A stretch of DNA of 64,000 nt from Macrostomum hystrix (lineage: Eukaryota > Animalia > Platyhelminthes). Each line of letters starts with the position of its first letter. Position 1 is the first letter of the stretch. The notes below the pieces were generated by a model that saw only the letters and a program-made list of their open reading frames with translations, searched no databases and was not told the DNA's origin. Positions 1 through 12,886 of this stretch are shown here, piece by piece. The stretch is from positions 1,488,001-1,552,000 of the forward strand of contig CATNEN010000007.1 in assembly GCA_950097015.1 (NCBI GenBank). Reading direction: 5' to 3'. The position numbers and the translations under genes were made by a program.

Positions 1-125
1 CAGTTCACCGAGCTGGTAAATGGGTGCCAGCATTAGCTGGGGTAATTGAGGGTGGGTGTGGCGTCAGTCCCCAGTCCATGGACTGAACAGCCGTACGCAG
101 CCTTCAGATGTAATCGGTTATAATC
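1..125 (+). mobile_element. 3' part of a tRNA-derived SINE (CORE-like family), truncated by the window edge
   Basis: 1-110 (cagttcaccgagctggtaaatgggtgccagcattagctgggg...agtccatggactgaacagccgtacgcagccttcagatg) aligns closely with 38685-38790 of the full copy that has Pol III A/B boxes. Confidence 0.75.
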
Positions 126-278
126 AGTTATAATTTTCTTATTAGTTATTATGAGGCTACAATGAAGCTATGAGGCTATCTAATATTTGATAGATAATGG
201 CTTTAAGTAGGTTGGATTATACAGTTAACTTGAAATATTTTTTTTAGTAAAAACCTGCATATGAACCTAAAATCTCAC

Positions 279-425
279 CAGGTAGTTCATGTTGGCTGCA
301 GACGGACTAACAGACCTGCGAAGGCGGTTGTGAGTGTCCAAAGTTTCCGCTTTCTGACCCGGAGTTAGTTCAAGGCCGCTGACGACGGGAAGTAGAACCA
401 GCATAAGCGGAAGCACGCTTGCCAT
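279..425 (-). CDS. First coding exon of a secreted CAP/SCP/TAPS-domain protein (venom allergen-like, GLIPR1/PI16 family); remaining exons lie off the left edge
   Basis: Encodes MASVLPLMLVLLPVVSG (signal-peptide-like) then LELTPGQKAETLDTHNRLRRSVSPSAANMNYL. 'HNxxR...V.P.A.NM..L' is the canonical CAP N-terminal motif. The exon ends at a phase-0 donor CTG|GTGAGA (278/277). Confidence 0.85.
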
Positions 426-1967
426 TTTAGCTAAAACAAAAAATCCATGTAGCATACGCCTTACTCTCTACTGTTAGTAGTAGTAAAACAAATTTGTACT
501 CATATTTTAAATGGAGATCAGACGTTTATCTTGGTCCAGGACTGCAACATATATTTTAAATAGTGTTTTGAGAAATCGATAGAAACGTAGCTTTGAATCA
601 ATCAACTGTTTTTCTACGAGTATATACGAGCCGGGACGTAAATAAGGACTTTACGAGTCTAATAAATTCAAGAAGACAATAGTTTAATAGTTTACCTATA
701 TGGCGCCCTGCTGCTTCAGCTCGCTTCAAAGTCTATCGATGTCAGCTGAAAAATGGGAAATTTAGCTTTTGCTTTTCAGGTCGGAAGAAATAGTTTGAGC
801 AGGCGCCTGCTGCTGCTGCTGCTGCCGCTCTTATTGGTACTTGTCTGCGTGTAGCTTTTGGGAACAGATGTAGGATGTGTTTGCCATTTGTTGTCATGGT
901 AACGCTTGTGTCTGCTTCTGCACTTCCTATCCCTCACTTTCTATTTCTGCCAGACGTTGGCGCCGACTCAGAGAAGGAATGAAAGTGCTCTAGGGCAATT
1001 GGCGCCATGAACTTGTCCGCACCTGTGAATTTGATCAGCTCTGAGTCGATTCTCTGATCTAGCATAGCCGTGAGCTTCAACGACTTTGGCATTCATTTGC
1101 CGATGAAAACGATTGACAAGGATAACCCACCAAAGTAAGATGCATTGATTTGTTCGGCAGGAAAAGCCTGTTAAATTCAGAACCGAAATTGCGCGCTGGG
1201 GGGCAGGAGAAGGAACAAACAAAAAATTTCTGTTTGCCCAGGAGAAAACGTTGCTAAGCCGTTGACTTTTTTCATAGGCCTGACGATCGATTTTTCTCAC
1301 TTTTTTTCTCATCTCAACTCCAACTGCTGAACAGCTATAGACTCAATCTCAATTTAGTAGCTAGCAATGCATTAAAACAACAATAGACATTGTATGCACT
1401 TTAAGTGCCAATAAATAATTTATGAAAATGAAGTTGAAAACTTGCTTACCTGTTTTATCTGGGTCTAAATTTTGTCAAGCCTTTCTTGCCTTACGCAGTT
1501 GGAAACAGAACTTGATAAAAAATGTTAACAATATCAGCTTTAGAGCTTTAGAGCCCAGGTGAAAGCGAAAAATTCTACACTGTTGTCTTATAATAGCTAA
1601 ACATTTGAAATGAACCCAAGTGTGTGTACAGGTTGGTTAAATAGCTTTCCAGCATCAGTGTTGACGATGTGCCAGTCATATCAATATTCAGGCTCTCCAC
1701 GCTTAATCTGTCACAGAAAAAAATTAAATGTCGTTTCAGTGCCCGACAGAGGTGACTCAATTAACTCGGAATAAAAGTGCAAGTGAGAGTGAACAGGTGT
1801 TTTAAGTGATGGAAAATTTAAATGATATTTTTCAAGCTAATTTCTACCACAAAATTAGAAACAGATTAACTACAAAGCGGGAGATTAACTACTACTTATA
1901 GTAGAAGACAGCATGACATTTTTTTCGAATAACGTTTTATAAGTGCTTGAGTAGTTCGAGTAGTACA

Positions 1968-2432
1968 AGAACTAGAACTAGAACTAGAACTAGAACTAGA
2001 ACTAGAACTAGAACTAGAGCTAGAACTAGAACTAGAACTAGAAATAGAACAAGAAATAGAACTAGAACTAGAACTAGAACTAGAACTAGAACTAGAGCTA
2101 GAACTAGAACTAGAAATAGAGCTAGAGCTAGAACTAGAACTAGAACTAGAACTAGAACTAGAGCTAGAACTAGAACTAGAAATAGAGCTAGAGCTAGAAC
2201 TAGAACTAGAACTAGAACTAGAACTAGAACTAGAACTAGAGCTAGAACTAGAACTAGAACTAGAACTAGAACTAGAGCTAGAACTAGAACTAGAAATAGA
2301 GCTAGAGCTAGAACTAGAACTAGAACTAGAACTAGAAATAGAACTAGAACTAGAACTAGAAATAGAACTAGAACTAGAACTAGAAATAGAACTAGAAATA
2401 GAACTAGAAATAGAAATAGAACTAGATCTAGA
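1968..2432. repeat. Hexanucleotide microsatellite (AGAACT)n with AGAGCT/AGAAAT variants
   Basis: Directly visible; explains the RTRTRT ORF 1947..2471. Confidence 0.97.
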
Positions 2433-3202
2433 GCGTTTCTTCGATTCAGAATCCTTGTTTTTCTATTCTGAATCTTTGTTTCTTCGATTCTGAATAATTT
2501 TTCTTCGATTCTGAAATCCCCTCATTCGATTCTAAACTTCATGACCTTTTTATTTGAAATTTGATAAAGTAGATAAAAAATATGGAATCTAGTGAAAAAT
2601 TATTTTTTCGCACCCTAAATGATACAATTTTGATGCGCTCCGTAAAAATATTTGCAAAAGTCCGTATTGCCTACTGATCAGTAGGATAAAGTGACATTTT
2701 AATTTGGCCACGGGTATTTGAGACAGAGGGTGAACGACTCGGCCCAAACAAGTATTGGAACAGGTGGTGCTCTCATCTCTAATGTCTATGGCCTGAGGCT
2801 GCTGCCGCTGCTCGACAGAGAGCTAAATTTATTCTCAGAATCTTTGTCCGATGGAGATCGAAGACCAGCTCAGCGGGAAGTCGGCGAAGATGGTTCTAAG
2901 GCCTCGCGGGCTCCCGCGGCGATCTTCAAGCTTTTATCTCGCCGCTTCGTTTGCCTCCCACCGGGTGCTGCAGCATCATCATAGCGCTCCTTTGAGTCCC
3001 AGTAATTCTCGGCCGCGCAAGCCTACAATTTTCTGTTTCAAAATCGTTGCCTTATGCTCAAGAAATTGTCTGCATTTGAGATGCTGCAAAATCTACTCTT
3101 ATCGATCTTATCTGTGAATCACGGGCTTATGAATGAGTTCGTCTGAAATTTTAAACTTTTTTGAAAGATTTTTAGTCCAAAAATGATTTTACATTTAGCT
3201 GA

Positions 3203-3856
3203 ACAAATCCCACTGTCCCGAATCCCTCTTTCTCAAATCCCACTGTCCCGAATCCCTCTTTCTCAAATCCCACTGTCCCGAATCCCTCTTTCTCAAATCC
3301 CACTGTCCCGAATCCCTCTTTCTCAAATCCCACTGTCCCGAATCCCTCTTTCTCAAATCCCACTGTCCCGAATCCCTCTTTCTCAAATCCCACTGTCCCG
3401 AATCCCTCTTTCTCAAATCCCACTGTCCCGAATCCCTCTTTCTCAAATCCCACTGTCCCGAATCCCTCTTTCTCAAATCCCACTGTCCCGAATCCCTCTT
3501 TCTCAAATCCCACTGTCCCGAATCCCTCTTTCTCAAATCCCACTGTCCCGAATCCCTCTTTCTCAAATCCCACTGTCCCGAATCCCACTGTCCCGAATCC
3601 CTCTTTCTCAAGTCCCACTGTCCCAAATCCCACTGTCCCGAATCCCTCTTTCTCAAATCCCACTGTCCCGAATCCCTCTTTCTCAAATCCCACTGTCCCG
3701 AATCCCTCTTTCTCAAATCCCACTGTCCCGAATCCCTCTTTCTCAAATCCCACTGTCCCGAATCCCTCTTTCTCAAATCCCACTGTCACAAATCCCACTG
3801 TCCCAAATCCCACTGTCCCAAATCCCACTGTCCCAAACCAACTATCCCAAATCCTA
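3203..3856. repeat. 30-bp minisatellite (two 15-bp subunits) caaatcccactgtcccgaatccctctttct
   Basis: About 20 near-perfect units; repeat ORFs on both strands. Confidence 0.97.
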
Positions 3857-5337
3857 AAATCCAACCTCTCGAACCCCCTCCCCCACTCAATGCAAATAGT
3901 TCAATCCTTGTCTTTTCCAACTTCCAGTTCTCCCTTTGAACTCTGCCCCAGCCTCCGATGGCGCGTGCAAAAGCGATTTCCCTGATTAGAGACCATCCGA
4001 TGCGCCTCTTGGCCGATCCCAACGGGTGGTCTATTGGTGCCCAGAGCCATCGCGGGATGGGGAGAATGGGAAGAAATTGCAGGCCAGGAGGCCGGCCGGT
4101 TATCGCGGTGTTTAACAATCTCCCAGCGGGGAAGCTGTGTCCACTCCACTGCGGACAGTGTGGTAGCGGCCTTTGAGTTCGCGTGCAACATGAAATCTGT
4201 CACCTCCGTGATCCGTCATCACCATCAGTCGCAGTCCGTTGCAGAATCTTCTTTCGCATTGGCATCCCGCTGCTCCTCTCGACTCTTGCTGTTTAGTTTC
4301 TTTCAGTCTCTCGGCTTCATCTGCTGTTTTTTGGAATTGCCGGAGTCAGGTCTCAGACTCCTGAGTTGATGAGGCTGGGCCAGATGGTCGCACAAGAGGG
4401 TGACCCTTCTGCACATAGACTAATGGTGCTTCATGCTTCAAATCTGTGAATATCTTTTTGAGCATAGATGCGAGTGCCTATGGAGTAGTTTCCTTCAGCC
4501 AATTTTATCTTTAATTTGATTTACTTAAAGAAAAAGATTTTTTTGAAAGATAGAAAAATTATGAGGAATAGTTTTCTGTCGAGTGTCTCCTTTTAGCTGA
4601 ACAATGTCTCTCTCTCTCTGTCTCTAATAAATAATCTTTTGATTTGAGACGCGTACTCAGGCTCAACGGGAGTCGGCCAAATGTCCGTGCCGTCTCGAGT
4701 GCCGCCTCGCCGATCCTCCTCGACTGTGGGTCGGCGCAAATTGGCCCCATCTGCCGTCTAACAGGTTCCCCGCGCTGCGGAGCACAAATGGAAGCTCTTT
4801 GAGTTGATTGGGAGCTCATGATTTCTGCGCTATTGCGCTAATCACCCCAGCCACCCGTCAGTTCCCCTACCTGATGAAGAAGGCAATGCTGTACACAACA
4901 GCGAGCTTGAAAGCACTCCCCACAAACCTGCCTTTACACATCCTCCCGGCTCAACTCTTCTGGCGATCTGCAGGGGAAGATGCTCGGGTGGTCTGTCATC
5001 CCCACCCACGCCACTCTTATCCTCAGTGCCTCTAATTACTTTCTCGGCTTTAAAAACTTGTCTTCTCAGGCCGGGGCTCCCCAGTCCTCACAGTTTCTCG
5101 AGAGCTGCCTTGACTGAAGAGGAATCTGCGGACTGGGGCCTAGAATTACTTGGCGAGTGCTCTGCACCACCTTGCTAAGTAAATCTCATAAGGATTTGAG
5201 AGTCCACATTTAGCCGAGCTTAGTGCATACACTCCACAGCCAAGTCTGTTTGTTGCTTTCGGACGGGGCGTGCCATTGCCGCCCAGACACTGCTCGCATT
5301 CGCCTAAATCCAGCTCCCTGGCCCTTTCAACACTTCT

Positions 5338-6752
5338 TCTCATTTCTCCCGTGTCTCATCTCTCCCCTGTCTCATCTCTCCCATGTCTCATCTCTCTCGT
5401 GTCTCATCCTTCCCCTGTCCCATCTTTCCCCTGTCTCATCCTTCCCCTGTCTCATCCTTCCCCTGTCTCATCTATCCCCTGTCTCATCTTTCCCCTGTCT
5501 CATCTCTTCCCTGTCTCATCTCTTCCCTGTGTCATCTTTCCCGTCTCATCTCTCCCGTGTCTCATCTCTCTCGTGTCTCATCTCTCTCGTGTCTCATCTC
5601 TCCCCTGTATCATCTCTCCCCTGTATCATCTCTCCCCTGAATCATCTTTTCCCTGTCTCATCTCTCCCCTGTCTCATCTCTCCCCTGTATCATCTTTCCC
5701 CTGTCTGTCTCATCTCTCCCCTGTATCATCTCTCTGGTGTCTCATCTCTCCCATGTCTCATCTCTCTCGTGTCTCATCCTTCCCCTGTCCCATCTTTCCC
5801 CTGTCTCATCCTTCCCCTGTCTCATCCTTCCCCTGTCTCATCTATCCCCTGTCTCATCTTTCCCCTGTCTCATCTCTTCCCTGTCTCATCTCTTCCCTGT
5901 GTCATCTTTCCCGTCTCATCTCTCCCGTGTCTCATCTCTCTCGTGTCTCATCTCTCTCGTGTCTCATCTCTCCCCTGTATCATCTCTCCCCTGTATCATC
6001 TCTCCCCTGAATCATCTTTTCCCTGTCTCATCTCTCCCCTGTCTCATCTCTCCCCTGTATCATCTTTCCCCTGTCTGTCTCATCTCTCCCCTGTATCATC
6101 TCTCTGGTGTCTCATCTCTCCCATGTCTCATCTCTCTCGTGTCTCATCCTTCCCCTGTCCCATCTTTCCCCTGTCTCATCCTTCCCCTGTCTCATCCTTC
6201 CCCTGTCTCATCTATCCCCTGTCTCATCTTTCCCCTGTCTCATCTCTTCCCTGTCTCATCTCTTCCCTGTGTCATCTTTCCCGTCTCATCTCTCCCGTGT
6301 CTCATCTCTCTCGTGTCTCATCTCTCTCGTGTCTCATCTCTCCCCTGTATCATCTCTCCCCTGTCTCATCTCTCCCCTGTATCATCTTTCCCCTGTCTGT
6401 CTCATCTCTCCCCTGTCTCATCTCTCTGGTGTCTCATCTCTCTGGTGTCTCATCTCTCTCGTGTCTCATCTCTCTGGTGTCTCATCTCTCTGGTGTCTCA
6501 TCTCTCTCGTGTCTCATCTCTCTGGTGTCTCATCTCTCTCGTGTCTCATCTCTCCCCTGTCTCATCTCTCCCCTGTCTCATCTCTCCCCTGTCTCATCTC
6601 TCTCGTGTCTCATCTCTCTCGTGTCTCATCTCTCCCTTGTCTCACCTCTCCCCTGTCTCATCTCTCCCCTGTCTCATCTCTCCCCTGTCTCATCTCTCCC
6701 CTGTGTCATCCCTCACGTGTCTCATCGCTCCCATCTTATCTCTCCTGTCTCA
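5338..6752. repeat. 16-bp minisatellite (gtctcatctctcccct) with a 370-bp higher-order period
   Basis: 16-aa periodic ORFs; identical ORF starts at 5737 and 6107 are 370 bp apart. Confidence 0.95.
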
Positions 6753-7545
6753 TTTCACTCGTGCTTCAATTAAAAGAAAAGAATTGTTCGCAAAAAAGCA
6801 TAAAAGAACTGCTTGAAAACACGAAACACTTGGCTGGCTTCTAATTGAGCTCAAGATAGATAGACTTGAATGCTTTATGACATCGGCTTCGGGTGCGCAC
6901 ACACGGAGACAACTAAATAAAAAAACATGATAACTTTTTACACAACACCTGGCTTCTTATAGCTGATCAACCTACGAGCTTGTTGGTTACACAGGCGGAG
7001 TGAAATTTGAGAGTGAGATATATGACCGGACAGATGCCGAGATCAAGAAGAAAAAAGGCACATTTTGATCCACTTTTTGTTCTATTGCTTGTTGTCATCG
7101 GACACGCGGACTGTGGGCAAGGCGTGCAGTCGGTTTGTACATTTCAAGTTAGCCGCCCGTCTGCCGTGGACTCAACAGAATGTGAAGTTACTCGGTCTGT
7201 GAGCTGGCGCGTGTTGCTTTTTTGGTCGTAAATTTTTATAATGTGTTGCGGGGGGGTTCGCAATTTTTGCCCATTTTATCCTTAGCGCATTCAATTGCAG
7301 TTTTTTTGCAAGAAAAGATAAGAATTCTAATCCGGGGATGGGTGACACCTGGCTAAGAGTTCTGTTTTGCCTGGCAACGGGCAGTGTGCTTGACAGATGA
7401 ACTCTGTTAAGTTTTGTCTGTGTTTATTGCTTGGCACTCAAGCGATTTATTTTTTAAGGGAGACTTTTTGCTTCAGGGCAATTTACAAACACATAAGTAA
7501 GCTTGATATAGTTTAACAATGTTGCACTGTGAAACAAGACATTGT

Positions 7546-8208
7546 GGATCAAGAGTGACTCTACAGGATCAAGAGTGACTCTACAGGATCAAGAGTGACT
7601 CTACAGGATCAAGAGTGACTCTACAAGATCAGGAGTGACTCTGCAGGATCAAGAGTGACTCTACAAGATCAAGAGTGACACAAAAGGATCAAGAGTGACA
7701 CAAAAGGATCAAGAGTGACTCTACAAGATCAAGAGTGACTCTACAAGATCAAGAGTGACACAAAAGGATCAAGAGTGACTCTACAAGATCAAGAGTGACT
7801 CTACAATATCAAGAGTGACTCTACAGGATCAAGAGTGACTCTACAAGATCAAGAGTGACTCTACAAGATCAAGAGTGACTCTACAAGATCAAGAGTGACT
7901 CTACAAGATCAAGAGTGACTCTACAAGATCAAGAGTGACACAAAAGGATCAAGAGTGACTCTACAAGATCAAGAGTGACACAAAAGGATCAAGAGTGACT
8001 CTACAAGATCAAGAGTGACACAAAAGGATCAAGAGTGACTCTACAAGATCAAGAGTGACACAAAAGGATCAAGAGTGACTCTACAAGATCAAGAGTGACA
8101 CAAAAGGATCAAGAGTGACTCTACAAGATCAAGAGTGACACAAAAGGATCAAGAGTGACTCTACAAGATCAAGAGTGACACAAAAGGATCAAGAGTGGCT
8201 CTACAAGA
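7546..8208. repeat. 20-bp minisatellite gatcaagagtgactctacaa / gatcaagagtgacacaaaag
   Basis: Directly visible; two alternating variants in the 3' half. Confidence 0.97.
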
Positions 8209-8895
8209 GCAGTAGCGATTTCTAAATATTCGCACATGTCGCTGACAGTACAAAAATAGAAATTGAAAACTTGTGCAAGCTCGTTTCGGACCAGAAAGTG
8301 TCGGTCACACAGCCGCTAATTTTTATCAAGTACCTATTTAGGCCACATAAAATAGTTTCACCCGAATTTTGCTTGGCTGGTTATTAAAGTTGGCACGCCA
8401 GACTGCATCTGTGGTGCTCCACTTGTTGTAATTGCTTCCAAACTGGTGCGGTGAGTGGGCCCCCATCTGCTGATAGATTTGCCATTGACAAGCTTGGCTA
8501 TAGGTTTAAGCTCAATCGACTGAAATTACAACTATGCGTCTTATGGCTTTTATCAATGCAATTGTTCAGCCTGACAAGCATCACATTTAGAAATTGAGTA
8601 GAACATCTGGACTCAATTGAGTGCCGCGGCTGTGTTTACAACATTTGAGCACACCAATAAGCTGCCGTGTTGCCTATTTGGCATATGACTCCGTGAATCT
8701 TAGATTGGATCGCGAAGATCCGATCTGGTCTCTGGGTTGAGAAAGTCTGCAACTTCTTGAGGAGACAATTTCTGAGTTAGGCGAGTGAGGATGAGATTGT
8801 AAGAATACTCAAATGGGGAATAAACTCACTAAATTCGATTTTATCGCTTATCAACAATATTGGCCTGGCGCGCAACACAATGCATGACTGGCAGC

Positions 8896-9710
8896 TTGTG
8901 AGCAGTGTTTGTGAGCAGTGTTTGTGAGCAGTGTTTGTGAGCAGTGTCTGTGAGAAGTGTTTGTGAGCAGTGTTTGTGAGCAGTGTCTGTGAGCAGTGCT
9001 TGTGAGAAGTGTTTGTGAGCAGTGTTTGTGAGCAGTGTCTGTGAGCAGTGTTTGTGAGCAGTGTCTGTAAGCCGTGTCTGTGAGAAGTGTTTGTGAGCAG
9101 TGTTTGTGAGGAGTGTTTGTGAGCAGTGTCTGTGAGCATTGTTTGTGAGCAGTGTTTGTGAGCAGTGTCTGTGAGCAGTGCTTGTGAGAAGTGTTTGTGA
9201 GCAGTGTTTGTGAGCAGTGTCTGTGAGCAGTGTTTGTGAGCAGTGTCTGTAAGCCGTGTCTGTGAGAAGTGTTTGTGAGCAGTGTCTGTGAGCATTGTTT
9301 GTGAGCAGTGTTTGTGAGCAGTGTTTGTGAGCAGTGTCTGTGAGCAGTGCTTGTGAGAAGTGTTTGTGAGCAGTGTTTGTGAGCAGTGTTTGTGAGCAGT
9401 GTTTGTGAGCAGTGTCTGTAAGCCGTGTCTGTGAGAAGTGTTTGTGAGCAGTGTTTGTGAGCAGTGTCTGTGAGCAGTGTCTGTGAGCAGTGTCTGTGAG
9501 CAGTGTTTGTGAGCAGTGTTTGTGAGCAGTGTCTGTGAGCAGTGTCTGTGAGCAGTGTCTGTAAGCTGTGTCTGTGAGCAGTGTCTGTGAGCAGTGTTTG
9601 TGAGCAGTCTCTGTGAGCAGTGTCTGTGAGCAGTGTCTGTAAGCCGTGTCTGTGAGCAGTGTCTGTGAGCAGTGTCTGTGAGCAGTGTTTGTGAGCAGTG
9701 TTTGTGAGCA
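8896..9710. repeat. 13-bp minisatellite gtgagcagtgt(t/c)t
   Basis: Directly visible; 13-aa periodic ORFs 8777..9760 and 8851..9711. Confidence 0.96.
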
Positions 9711-11131
9711 CTGTTCTTTGAGCCGCAGAGATGAAAATTTAGCGATCTCACCTGGGGCATCAGTCAGCAGTCACAGGTGTCCCCAGCTGCCACATCTGAG
9801 AATCGATAAAATAAATAATTGATCAGCGACACCCCGGGCTTTTGTTCGCGAACGAATTTCAGTAAACAGGTCCGCTTGCTAAAATTTAATTTACGACCGC
9901 TCAAGAATTTTTTATGAATTCCAAGTTTGGAACAACGGGGCTTTTGGGGCAGCGCTGTCATTCATCACCTTGACTGTGGGATCAGGTGTCGCAGAAGTGT
10001 CCACCGTCCACTGTTTTATTATTAGAAGACAACAAAAGATTTTTCCCAAAATTAGAGGAATTTTAGGAAAAAATGAAAATTGAGAAATCTTTACGGCGAA
10101 CATGCCGACAGACATTTATTGTTTGAATTAGAGTTTGAGTCATATGGACTAGATTTTTGACATCGGATATGGCACTTCGAGAACATTTTCTGATGTCCAC
10201 CTTTGTCCACTCATTTGCTCTCCTGTCTAACTGCGATTTTATTAATCAAGCAATATTCTTTTTGATCAGGAAATTTGCCGCCGGAACATCTGCTAAGGGT
10301 ATATTGTCTGGCGAAACTGTAAGATTTAGTAAAAATTCTCAAACACTTCCAACAATTGCTGTTGTCCGCTGATTCAACAAACACACACACACAAATCCCT
10401 AAAATCTTATCCCTTAATTGAGCCGGCTAACACGTGTCCGACTTCCCAAAAGCAATTCATCCTTGCTGCTTCTAGTAGAAAACTCTGAAAGTGACAGCTG
10501 CAGCTGGGGGGGGCCTCCTAAACTCGTTCAGTTAAGGTGGCTTACGTAAGGCCCCCCCCCCGCTCGTGCAACTTCATTCAGCTTCATCTCATCAGCCATC
10601 AGCAACCTTATCCTCTCCTGCACTCTCTTAATCTGTCTCTCTCTCTATATATATATATTATAGTCGGTCTTCCCAGAAAAAAATGGCAACGGGTCTTTTG
10701 ACAATGGATAGAGCGCGCACAGCTCTGCACAGATTTGATTCAATTAGCTAAGTATTGGTCCTAGATCAGCATTGTTGAGTCTGGCACGGTAGTCCAGGTG
10801 ACTTTTTCGAACTGATTAGATTATTAGCCTGAGTGGAGTGAGACCTGTCCCTGTGTCACTGGTCCATAGACTCAACTATGCAGGACAGGTGAGCAGTTCT
10901 CACTGCGCCATCGGTGCTGGAAATCATCTCAAAATTAATCAGTGTTGAGTTGACTGTCTCCCATTTTATCTAAAGCATTTGTGACTGGCTAATGCCCTGT
11001 CCAGATTCATTGGGTACTCTGGGATATTCAGTGATGAAGCGTTTCGTTAAAAATATTTTAGCGGAAATCTATTTTTTTAAAAGATTCTCGGCTGATAAAA
11101 CTAAATGAAGATGAGGCTACAATTTAACTAT

Positions 11132-11541
11132 CAAGAGTGACAAGAGTGACGAAGGTAGAGTGACAAGAGTGACGAAGGTAGGGTGACAAGAGTGACGAAG
11201 ATAGGGTGACAAGAGTGACGAAGGTAGAGTGACAAGAGTGACGAAGGTAGGGTGAAAGAGTGACGAAGGTAGAGTGACAAGAGTGACGAAGGTAGGGTGA
11301 CAAGAGTGACGAAGGTAGGGTGACGAGAGTGACGAAGGTAGGGTGACGAGAGTGACGAAGGTAGAGTGACAAGAGTGACGAAGGTAGGGTGACGAGAGTG
11401 ACGAAGGTAGGGTGACGAGAGTGACGAAGGTAGGGTGACGAGAGTGACGAAGGTAGGGTGACGAGAGTGACGAAGGTAGAGTGACAAGAGTGACGAAGGT
11501 AGGGTGACGAGAGTGACGAAGGAAGGGTGACGAGAGTGACA
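11132..11541. repeat. 23-bp minisatellite gagtgacgaaggtagggtgac(a/g)a
   Basis: Directly visible. Confidence 0.96.
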
Positions 11542-12448
11542 ATAGCTGGATGACAAGTTAATGATGACGAGAGAGCTACCGAAAATTGGTGAGAAATTTG
11601 ACAATTTAATGAATTTTTTGTCAAATTTAAGAAGTTGCAAATATTAAAAATCATTATTATGAACTCAGAGCACAAAGTTGAGAAATAGTATCATTGTTGC
11701 ATCAAGAATCTGAAAAACAGAGTCTAGAAACTGGTTATTTACTAATGAGCAGCACTAATTAAGCATCAGACAATTTGAAGTCTCGCAATCATCAAAGATG
11801 TTGTTGACAATTCCAATTGGATATGTTTTTTAGCATTGTAAATTAAAGAATAGAAAATCAGAGTAACAATCATTGACAAGCAGACTCACAACTATTCTCA
11901 AAAGTTTCATATCTTCACACCCACGCGACCAATGTCGCCCTCCGGGTATTGACCCGTAAGCAACAACATGATAGACGGAGACTGGATGGAAGGCAGTATT
12001 TAAAAAAACCCATGCTTCAGTTTGTTTCTGTCTCCGTGAGAGCGAACTGTTCAAGTGGTCGAAAACTCGTCCACAGCAGGTCGAAGGCATCTGGGCCGGC
12101 CGTCACAGAGCACACCCGAGCGATGGTGTATCCATGCGCTGCGTATGCCGAGATTTCCGCCAAACTAGTTTCCTACTTTTACCCTGAGGCAGAAATTTTA
12201 ATCGGACAAAATTTCTTTTTAGATTCCTATACGGGAAATATTTCTGTCCTTAACTGATTGACAAGTTTATATACGAATATCTGGCTTTGTTTAAACAGTT
12301 CTTTTTCATTGGAAAAAATTTATTTAATCTTAAAATCCGCTTTGAAGGGATTTTAGCTTAGTGTGTAACTATGCCCAACTGCAGCCATGGAAACACATGT
12401 TGTTGAACACTTGTTTTAGCGTGTCCTAAAGCAAATAGCAATTAATTC

Positions 12449-12886
12449 CTGATTGTCCACGGACTGATTGTCCACGGTTTGATTGTCCACGGACTGATTG
12501 TCCACGGACTGATTGTCCACGGACTGATTGTCCACGGACTGATTGTCCACGGACTGATTGCCCACGGACTGATTGTCCACGGACTGGTTGTCCACGGACT
12601 GATTGTCCACGGACTGATTGTCCACGGACTGATTATCCACATACTGATTGTCCACGGACTTATTGTCCACGGACTGATTGCCCACGGACTGATTGTCCAC
12701 GGACTGATTGTCCACGGACTGATTGTCCACGGACTGATTATCCACGGACTGATTGTCCACGGACTGATTGTCCACGGACTGATTATCCACGGACTGATTG
12801 TCCACGGACTGATTGTCCACGGACTGATTGTCCACGGACTGATTGTCCACGGACTGATTGTCCACGGACTGACTGTCCACGGACTA
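12449..12886. repeat. 15-bp minisatellite ctgattgtccacgga
   Basis: Directly visible; explains the DNQSV, ISPWT and VHGLI ORFs. Confidence 0.97.
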
